DNA of 64,000 nt. Source: Camelus dromedarius (taxonomy: Eukaryota). The notes beneath the pieces were generated by a model. The model saw only the letters and a program-made list of their open reading frames with translations, ran no database searches and was not told where the DNA came from. Positions 1-9,179 of this stretch are shown here, piece after piece (position 1 is the first letter of the stretch; every line of letters begins with the position of its first letter). The stretch spans positions 5,952,001-6,016,000 of the forward strand of contig NC_087446.1 of assembly GCF_036321535.1 (NCBI RefSeq), given 5' to 3'. The position numbers and the translations under genes are program-made.

Positions 1-20
1 TCCTGCTGCTCCACGTCCAA

Positions 21-105
21 TGTTAAGCACATTCACATTGTTGTGCAGCCGAGCTCCAAAACTTTGGCATGTTGCCAAGGCAAAGCCCTGTGCCCATAAG
101 ACAAC
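21..105 (-). mobile_element. Old LINE-1 3' end fragment
   Basis: ttaagcacattcacattgttgtgcagcc...aaactttggcatgttgcc resembles the antisense L1MA/MB-type 3' UTR; family recalled from memory. Confidence 0.45.
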
Positions 106-107
106 GA

Positions 108-620
108 GAGGCGGCGCCCAGTTCGTGGCGCTCCTCGGCCGCGCCCTCCGGCGTCCTCCCGGGGAACTGCAGACGCAGCCGCCCAGCGGGGCCTCCACCT
201 GGATCCCAGCGGGCGCGGAGCGAGTCGGTACCGCGAGTCAGGTGAGACCGCTGGGCCCGCGGCGCCCCGACTAGCTAGACGCAGCTTCCAGTCCTCCCGT
301 CCCCAGGGAGGAGCGGGAACTGGGGGGTTTGTGCCGCGGGGGGGGGGGCAGGGTGGTGGAGAGCGAGCAAAACGCCGCCAACTCTCCCAGCGCCCTCGCT
401 GGGGGCTGCGACTCCCTCCCGGCTCCCTGGGGCTCTGCGGAGGGGTTGCTCCGCATCCCGCGGGGTTCCCGGCCTGGGTCTCGGTGCTTGGGGGACCCAG
501 GGCCCCGCGCTTTCTGATCCGCTATCTTGCTGACGTCACGCTGGAGTCTGAGCCTCAGGTCAGTGTCCAGATGAGCCTTCCCTGTGCGGGTGATTCCTGT
601 GGCGCGGGGGCAGGGGCTCA
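108..620. promoter_or_regulatory. CpG-rich island about 3.2 kb upstream of the CYP2D ATG; candidate promoter / non-coding first exon
   Basis: Dense CpG and high GC. Plus-strand donors CAG|GTGAGA (241|242) and CAG|GTCAGT (558|559). Full CRE TGACGTCA at 531-538. Confidence 0.55.
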
Positions 621-2115
621 TCCCTCCAGCCCCAGTAGCTCCTCCGGGGCAGAAGCCCACCAGGGAAGGCGGTGTATGTTTCTAAAATAATAAATCTCAG
701 TAACTTAAAAAATTTCCCTCATAGAAGTTTGTGTCCAGTGTAGAGCATAGATAAGAGCATGAGTTTTGAGACAGACCCTAGTGGTACTCTGTAACTTTGA
801 CCCCCCTAGCATGATCCCTGAGACACTGCCTTGGCGACCATAAAGCCACCTGCCTTACAGGGTGTGGGGAGGACCGGGGAGAGTGAGCAGCCGTGCCTGG
901 CACGTGAGTGCCGCGTGAACAGAGGCAACGATTGCACAATGATTGCAAAAGGCTGTAGTCCTCATGATTGCAGGTTTTCCTCAAGGCCGCCTGTCCTGGA
1001 CAACAGGTCCCTAGTATCAGAAGGGTACTGCTTCAGGCATGTCTGTCACTGCCCTTATGTCCATCAGAATGACTGCTTGGGGAGAGCATGACACATCCAA
1101 TACAAAGCATAGATAAAGGCAGTTTATTGAGAGCCACTTTGAGGAACACTTGGACCATCCTGCCAGCCCCACTCACACCACCTGGTTCTCTGGCTGTCCT
1201 GGGTGGAAAGTTACTGCTGGGACAGGAACATTCAGCTGAGGCCAAATGAGAGACCACAGGCAGGATCTGAGAAATCCCCAGGGTGCCCAGGGGTCTCACC
1301 CTCTTGGTCTGTTGACTGGCCTCAAAACTGATCTCCCTGCCTCCTTGAGGCCCAGGGACCCCAGTTCCCCACAATCCAGTCCTCGGCCAGACTTGCAAAG
1401 CCCTAGCCTCAAGCTGCCTGCCTCCTGCTGTTTCCCAGTGGTGCTTTAGTCCTGCTCCAGGTCACCCTGTCTTGCAATACCAAGCCAGCTGAAGCCCTCT
1501 AGGAAGTCTTCCTAGAAAGTCCTGCTCCATCCTAGAGCAATGTCCCCATGACCCTCAAAGCAGTCCCAGCACTGCTGGCCTGGTATGTCAGCTCTCCGGC
1601 TCCCAATCCTCCACTTGGTCATGAGCACCTTGGAGCAGGGACCCACCATTGCCTTCCCACCATGTGGCCAGTGCCTGGCCCAGCAACCAGCACAGGGTAC
1701 ATCCAGACAGGGTGGCACAGAATCCAAACCTTGGCCAAAGCAAGATGCAGGGAAAGCAGGTAAACTGAGGAAGACCCATTTGGGCCCCAGCTAGCTACCC
1801 TCTGGTCCTGGGCCTGACAGGAGAGTGGAGATGTTGAAATTTGGAAGGGCAGGAGCAGCTTTCACAAACCAAGCAGTAATTGCAAATGTTGAAGCCAATA
1901 CCTGGAAACCACAAGCACTCCATGTCCTGTCTGAAGGTGCCCTGGGAAGAACCTGGTTCTCTCACTGTTGGGGAGTAGTGGGGGAGGGAGGGAACCAGGG
2001 GGGACAGGGATAGGGAGTGTAAGTTGGGGGAGAGCACCTCCAAGACCCTGGAATAGTCTAGCAGTTTTCAGAAAGAGAGGTTGCCTCACATACCCCTGGG
2101 ATGGGTGAGGAGGCC

Positions 2116-2123
2116 TGACGTCA
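2116..2123. promoter_or_regulatory. Palindromic CRE (TGACGTCA)
   Basis: Exact 8-mer; second copy at 531-538. Function not shown. Confidence 0.3.
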
Positions 2124-3117
2124 CCTTCCCTCCCCTCCGAGCTCCTGTGCCTGTACACTTGAGGAGGTTTGGGCGTCAGAGTTCCCATCAGCTTTACTGA
2201 TTTAAAAACTCCGCCTCAAATCTCACCCCTTTCATTGTTGGAGGAGGATACTGAGGCCAGCGGGCTCTGTCCTGGCATGATGTCGTCACCCCCCTGCTTT
2301 GGGAGTGGTGAGAGGCTGAGCACAAGGGAGGGCCTGGTAGCCACAATTCCAGCCTGGAGGTGGCATGCACTGGTGCAGGGTGGTACCAAGGTTTGCACCT
2401 TTCCTTGAGGGCTGGAGCCACTGAAAGAGACCAGAGTCAGGGTTGGAAGGAGTGGGGCTGGAGCCAGGGCAGACTTGGCCCAGAGGGAGGGAGAAGGCCA
2501 GCCTCTTGAGAATCCATTCCTTGTGGTCCTCAGCAAGAATCTGAGGGCATAAATTACTTTTCCACCTGGTTTCCAACCCTTTGTCTTCTAGAGTTTGAAC
2601 AGCTGATGTTCAAGGACAGATAATGAGGAGGAGGAATCAGTCCCACTCCTCCGAGGACAGTCACATCCTATGCTAAGCTACCCTAGTGCCCTGAGCTTAT
2701 TGGCAGCCTGGTCAACAAAGGAAAGCACCCACCCCACATTTCTTCGAGTCAGGAAATGGACACAGGCAAGAAGGAGATTCATCACCTGGATGGCCACAAG
2801 AGCTGGGAGGTCCTTGGACCAACTTGTAACAAACTTAGGAAGGCGTCTCTGGGCCATGGAACTGGCTAGTCAGGGAGACCAGGGAATCTGAAAACAATCC
2901 TGCTGCCTCCCCACCCCTAGCTTCAAACTCACCGCAGCCACAACCACAACTAGGCGAAAACCAGGCCAAGGAAAACAAACAAGGTGAAAACAAACCAAGG
3001 AAGCTGAGCCAGCAGCCAGCCAGGTGCGGGCCCCCAGCAGTACTGCCAGCAGCCTCAAGGTGGGAGGAGGGGGGTTGGGTCCAGGCAGGCCCTGAGAACT
3101 AGAGGGCTTGATGCTGG

Positions 3118-3250
3118 GTCTGTGTGTAAGTGGTACATGTGTTAATGTGTGTGGTTTCGTGGGTGTGTAAATATGTGCATGTGAGTAGTATGTGAGGGTG
3201 TGAATGGTTTAGGGGTGTGTGATTCTGTCTTTTGAGTGTACTCATGTGAC
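3118..3250. repeat. TG-rich low-complexity tract
   Basis: Degenerate (TG)n-rich sequence upstream of the CYP2D promoter. Confidence 0.6.
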
Positions 3251-3654
3251 GTGAGGGGACACCGAGAACTTCATCCCCCCTACAATGGTCTTTCTGATCA
3301 CTGTGACCTCCTAGAGCACCAGTGAAGCCCAGTAACAAACCTGGGAAGTGAAGGCCACTCAGGAGGAGACAGGTGATAATGAGACGGTAGGGACATGTTC
3401 TGGGGATGAGACTGTGACCACATTAGGGAGTGTGAGCCTAAAGTGACCAGTGGATGGCAGGATCAAGTCCAAAGACCCCTGATTCTTCTTTGGAATCTTT
3501 ACAGAGCTGGAGAGTCAGGCTTGGGGGAGGGGAGGACTTCCCAAATCCTAACCCCCACTCCCTTGGGATAAGCACCTGGAGCGAGCAGGAGGGACAGCGG
3601 CCACCCCTGCACCCTTTGACTACACAATCTCCCTGGCAGGTTGGTTCAGGGCTG

Positions 3655-3667
3655 AGGGCAAAGGCCA
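3655..3667 (+). promoter_or_regulatory. DR1 / HNF4A element of the CYP2D promoter
   Basis: AGGGCA-A-AGGCCA, matching the known human CYP2D6 proximal DR1, 125-137 nt upstream of the ATG. Confidence 0.85.
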
Positions 3668-3680
3668 GTCTCACCTCCCT

Positions 3681-3688
3681 TGATAAAG
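3681..3688 (+). promoter_or_regulatory. TATA-position element reading TGATAAAG (GATA-like)
   Basis: Lies 14 nt after the DR1, where human CYP2D6 has its TTTATAAG TATA box. Confidence 0.55.
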
Positions 3689-3791
3689 AGGGTCCAGGCT
3701 GGTCGAGCCCTCGGGATGTGGTGAGAGTGCCTGCCTCTCCTGGTCCTACGTGCCTGGTGTGGTGAGGAGCCCAGCCCACTCTGAGGCAACC

Positions 3792-6700
3792 ATGGGACTG
3801 CTGACTGGGGATACACTAGGGACCCTGGCCATGGCCATCGTCATCTTCCTGCTTTTGGTGGACCTGATGCACCGGCGCTCACTCTGGGTTGCACACTACC
3901 CACCAGGCCCCATGCCACTGCCTGTGCTGGGTAACCTGCTGCAGGTGAACTTCCAGGACCCAGTTCACAGCTTTAGCAAGGTGAGAAATGAAGGCAGGGT
4001 TGGAGGGTGGGCAGCAGAGGGGCTGGGGACCCCACCTAGCAGCAGTGGGTGGTGGATGAAGTCACAGGCTGGACAAGGAACTAGACTGATGAGGCTCCCT
4101 GACGGAGGGCATTCGTGCAGGGCCTGAGGACAGTTTGGATTTTCCAAACAAAGTTCAGAGAAGGCAGAGGCACTGAGGGAAGGTGGGGACTTGGCAGCAG
4201 GTTGGGGATTCAGTTGGCCAGCACTTAAATTATGTGAGCCTGAGTCCTTTCTGAATACATCAGGAGGAAAGGTCTTGAGAATGGGGGAGAGGAGTCTGGT
4301 TATGAGTTGTATTTAAATCAGAAGTTGAGGTTGAGAGAGGTATAGCGATCTGGTTCAAATCTTGCTGCTGTGAGACCTTGGGCCTCCTGTAAAATGGGAC
4401 GCTAATTTGACAGTTTTGGTAACCTTTGCACAGTCATAGCTGGGTAGTCTGATCCAACATGGAGTCCTTGACCATAGCGGATGTGACCCTCCTCCCGGGC
4501 TTACAAGCTGGATAAAGTCCTTGCACTCACTCCCTACTGGTGGCCCAGAGGCCCCCCAAGACTAAGGCCATGATGCTGGGCCAGCACCCTCGCGGGTCGA
4601 GGCTTGACGATGCTCCTTGACCTTTGGCCTGCAGCTGCGGCGTCGCTTCGGGGACGTGTTCAGCCTGCAGCAGGTGTGGACGCCTGTGGTCGTACTCAAC
4701 GGGCTGGCGGCTGTGCGCGAGGCGCTGGTGTACCACAGCCAGGACACCGCTGACCGCCCACCTGCGACTGTCTACGAGCACCTGGGTTTGGGGCCGCGCT
4801 CTGAAGGCAAGCGGAGGAAGGAAGAGACCGCATCCTGGCAGGGACAGGGCCAGCAGTGAGGCGATGCCGGCAGGGCCAAGCGGAGGCAGGGTCGTGAATG
4901 TTCGGTGCAGGAAAGAGCGAGCGAATCTGAAGGGGCGCACGGTGGAGAAAGAAGCCCGAGTCGCCCGAGTCAAGGGTGGAGGGGGAGGAACATGGGCGGG
5001 GAGAGGGCGGGACCTTGCTGAGAGGGAGGCCCTGGGTCACTGAGCACAAAGGGGACGTCAGTATGGTTAGGAATGAGGAGGACGATGTCAGAGTGGGCGG
5101 GGCAGGGGGCGGGCCAGGACCTTCCCCTAATGAGGAAGGGGCCACGGTGGGCAGAACAAAAAGTGGATCCGAGACCTGCCCCTAGCAGGGGAGAGTTGGC
5201 GAGCAATGCGGGAGGGCACAGTGAGACCTGTCCCCAACTGGAAGGGGGTGTCAAATGGGGAGGGACTTGGGAGAGGGAGGAGGGCGAGGTTAGCAGGGAC
5301 GGAACAGGTGGCGCGACCTGCCCAGAAAGGGGGCGGGGCTGTGAGCAGAACAATGGGCAGGGCGGGGAACCCGCGGGCACAGTTTGCGGCAGAGGGCGGG
5401 GCCGCGGCTCATCCAAGCCCCGCCCACGTGCCCGCCCCGCCCCCAGGAGTCATCCTAGCGCGCTATGGGCGCGCGTGGCGCGAGCAGCGGCGCTTCTCCG
5501 TATCCACACTGCGCAACTTAGGCATGGGCAAGAAGTCTCTGGAGCAATGGGTGACCGAAGAGGCCTCGTGCCTCTGTGCTGCCTTCGCCGACCAGGCTGG
5601 TGAGTACTGGGGCTAAGGGGCAGGAGAAGAGACAAGTTTGGAGAAGCTGGGGAAGAGGAGAGAGAGGCGACGCCCTGACCCGCATCGTCCCCTCCTAGGA
5701 TGCCCTTTTAGCCCCAACGCCTTCCTGAATAAAGCGGTGAGCAACGTGATCTCCTCCCTCACCTTCGGGCGCCGCTTTGAGTATAACGATCCTTGCATCC
5801 TCAAGCTGCTGGAACTAATTGAGAAGGGACTGAAGGAGGACGTTGGCTTCTTGCGCCAGGTGAGGGGAGGTAGGCGCCGAGGAGCCCTGCAGGGCGAGTT
5901 CCGTTGAGGAGGCCTCAGCCCTGCAATGGGCCTTCCTGCAGGAGGATTAGTGTAGGGGGCCAGAGGAGAAAGGGCATTCCCAGAGAGGCAACTGCAAGGG
6001 AAAAGGCCTAGAACTGAGGAAAGGACAAACACTGAAGGGAGAGGCGGGGCCCGGGTCAGCGGGCTTAGGAGGGCTCCCTCACTGGCAGGCAGCTGCGCCC
6101 ATGAGATGTAGACTTTAGGTTTATCCTGGGCCCAGGGTCAGGAGAGAGGGTGAAGGCCAGAACTTAGGGGGGTACAAGGTCAATAACGGGGACACCCTGG
6201 AGATAGCTGGGGCCTGACTGGTCAAGGTGAACACCTTGAGCACCAGGAGGCCGCAGGGCCCCATAGCTGTGACCTGCACAGGTGCTGGAAGCAGCCCCAG
6301 TTCTCCTGCGTATCCCGGGGCTGGCCGCCAAGGTCTTCTCGGGGCAGAGGGCTTTCGTGGCCATGATGGATGAACTGATCACCGAGCACAGGATGACTCG
6401 AGACCGGGCCCAGCCTCCCCGAGACCTGACTGACATCTTCATGGATGAGATCGAGGAGGTGAGCTGACAGGGACAAGGGTGTGCGTTGAGGACCCCAGGA
6501 GGCGAACCCAGGCAAGGTGGGGCCTGTGTATTACCCTGTGGTCATGCACCCGTCCGGGCTGACAGGAGCAGAGTGGGAAGCCATTTGGGTCTTCCTCCCT
6601 CTGCCCCTGAGCTCACCTTCCCTCCCTCTGCCCCTGAGCTTACCTTCCCTGCATGGCCCAGGCCAAGGGGAACCCCGAGAGCAGCTTCAATGACGACAAC

Positions 6701-8114
6701 CTGCGCATAGTGGTGTTTGACCTGTTCTCTGCTGGGATGGTAACTACCTCAGCCACGCTGGCCTGGGCCCTCCTCCTCATGATCCTGCACCCAGACGTGC
6801 AACGTGAGCCTAGCCCAGGGGGGCCGGGTGGGATGGGTGAGGGAGGAAAGGGACAGTCTGAGGCCCCTGAGCTTGGCTGATTTGGCCACCAGCAGCAGCT
6901 CTGTGCTGAGGCTAAGCCCCAGCTCAGAGGTCACAGTGACCTCCTCCTCCATGCGGGCACAGCCCTATACAGGAGGCAGGAGGAGGTTGGGGCCCAGACC
7001 TTGGGTCTGACCACTGAGGATACTTACCTTTCCAGGACGTGTGCAACAGGAAATCGATGAGGTGATAGGGCCGGCACGGCGACCAGAGATGGGGGATCAG
7101 GCCCTCATGCCCTTCACCATGGCCGTGGTGCATGAGGTGCAGCGCTTTGGGGACATCGTCCCACTAGGCTTGCCCCACATGACATCCCGTGACATTGAAG
7201 TGCAGGGCTTCCTCATCCCAAAGGTAAGCCTACAGCCCTCCTCATCCCAGCTCAGCACCACCTGCCACCGGTAGCCCCAGTATGGCCATTGCTAGGTGGG
7301 GCCAGGATGGGAGCTGAAGGCATCCAATCCTCATTTCCACAGGCAACAAATGTCCCAGCCCGGGTGGGTGTGGGGATGAGCAGAGGCAGGGCCTGCCCTG
7401 TCCATTCAGAGCCCCAGTCAGGTGGGGAAGACAAACTAAAGTGTGCCACTGCAGTGTGTTGGAGGAGCCCATGCATGCAAGGACATGTGGCAGTCAGGAC
7501 ACCCATGGGAGGCAGGTCACTTGGCCCTGCCATGGGGACAGGGAGGGTGCCAAGAAGCTTCTTGGGCTGAGGGTCACTTGAAGAGTCCAGGTATGTGCCA
7601 GGCAGTGTGTGTGCTCCCCGGGTGTGTTTGGTGGCAGAGGTCCAGGCACCCCCCCCCAGTCCACACCCACCCATGCCAGATATCTCCTGCCAGGGGACAA
7701 CGCTCATCACCAACCTGTCATCGGTGCTGAAAGATGAGACCATATGGAAGATGCCCTTCCGCTTCCATCCGGAGCACTTCCTAGATGCCCAGGGCCACTT
7801 TGTCAAGCAGGAGGCCTTCATGCCTTTCTCAGCAGGTGCCTATGGGGTGCCTGGCTTGCCTCCCCCTCCCAAGGGAGTCTTGGTGGGGTGGAGCGAAGGC
7901 CCCCAGGCTCACAGAGCCCCTACACCTGCACATAGGCCGCCGCTTGTGCCTCGGGGAGCCGCTGGCCCGCATGGAGCTCTTCCTCTTCTTCACCTGCCTC
8001 CTGCAGCGCTTCAGCTTCTCGGTGCCCCCTGGGCAGCCCCGCCCAAGTGACCATGGTATCTTTGCCTTCCTGGTGACCCCAGCCCCCTACCAGCTCTGTG
8101 CTGTGCCTCGCTAG
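3792..8114 (+). CDS. CYP2D6: Cytochrome P450 2D (CYP2D6/CYP2D14-like orthologue), 500 aa, intact
   Basis: Exons 3792-3980, 4635-4806, 5447-5599, 5699-5859, 6282-6458, 6662-6803, 7036-7223, 7694-7835, 7936-8114 (189/172/153/161/177/142/188/142/179 nt = 1503). Motifs: N-terminal anchor plus PPGP, I-helix [14 protein letters not shown] (ExxR), FHPEHF, heme motif [11 protein letters not shown]. Intron 2 is GC-AG. Exact camelid paralogue name uncertain. Confidence 0.97.
6594..6650. repeat. 27-bp tandem duplication in CYP2D intron 5
   Basis: cctccctctgcccctgagctcaccttc (6594-6620) followed by cctccctctgcccctgagcttaccttc (6621-6647); one mismatch. Confidence 0.9.
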
Positions 8115-8164
8115 ACGGGGACACCAAACCCTCCACCCACTCCTCAGGAGTAGCTCTGATGTAC

Positions 8165-8170
8165 AATAAA
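8165..8170 (+). terminator. CYP2D polyadenylation signal
   Basis: AATAAA about 50 nt after the TAG stop. Confidence 0.85.
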
Positions 8171-9179
8171 CCAGTCTGGTGGCTGCAACCTGGCTTGAGT
8201 CCCACCTGGGGCCCCTGACCAGCCCCTTGGCAGTGACGGGGCCTAAGCAGCCTCCCTGGGTCCAGCTTCTGCCCTAGCCTGATCCATCCTTACCTGTCAT
8301 TTGACCCCATTTGAGAGAGGGGTATACTGAGGCTCAGAAAGTGAGAGATTATCCCCTAGTCACCTTTAGAAACCCAATGCTGATTACCTGGGTTAGTGAC
8401 AAAGTCTATAAATAGATCCTGGTTTCTGCTGTGAGGAGCTCGAATAGGCTGGTGAGAGCTGTCAGGCCCCGATGGGGATGGGGAGGGCCCCACTCTGCCT
8501 AGAAACTCTGCCTAGATGCCCACATTTCAGGCCCAGCCACACCCAGCTTGTACCATGGGCCAGCAGCTCAGCCAGCACCACAAGCTGCTGCCCCAAAAGG
8601 TGGGGAACTCAGGGATGGCTGGGAGGCGACAGGCTGAGTTATTACCCAGGGCTCAGTCTTCAGATGCCAATGCTCTCCCTGGGAGGCCTGACAGCAGCCC
8701 AGGAATGAGCTGCCCCAAGATCTGATGGGCTTCCTTTCCCAGCCCCTTAGGGATGCTCATCCAACCCCTGCCCAGTAGAAGTTGCCACTTACGGCCACAC
8801 CAGAGCAGGAGGAGGACACTCATCTGGGCTCCAACTTGGGGCTCCATCCTGAGTGGCCAGGTCAGTCTGGGCTCTCGAGAGGCTTGGGCAGGACAGGGAA
8901 TAATAAGCCCTGTGGGCCGTAGGGATGACCTAGGGACAGTGGTCAATCTTGAACCCATGTGACAATGAGGTGGCCAGAGCAGGAGAAGGCCATGTGGGGA
9001 CCTTGGAGGAGACATCTTGGCCCTAGTCTTTGCTCTGCTATGACACTGTGTAACCTTGTACTGCTTGTTGGGGCAGGGAGCGTGGACAAAGCCACACTCA
9101 GTTTGTGGGAATTTGAGGCCCCTGAAAGGAGGCAGCCAGACCTGCAGAAGCAGCAGCTGTGGATTTACTGGACACTCTG

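Noticed and set aside
1536-2620. Plus-strand exon-like chain (1536-1582, 1672-1759, acceptor at 2591) giving about 45 aa starting MTLKAVPALLA
   Set aside because: Weak Kozak context, one weak acceptor and no recognisable protein features. Could be lncRNA exons from the upstream CpG island, but not supportable as coding.
3750-3791. GTG-initiated N-terminal extension of CYP2D in the ORF track
   Set aside because: Non-ATG start in the 5' UTR; the ATG at 3792 has good context and gives the expected 500 aa.
4527-5616. Long overlapping ORFs in CYP2D exon 2 to intron 2 (e.g. 5073..5603, 4696..5145)
   Set aside because: Shadow ORFs of GC-rich, stop-poor sequence; no independent splice or homology support.
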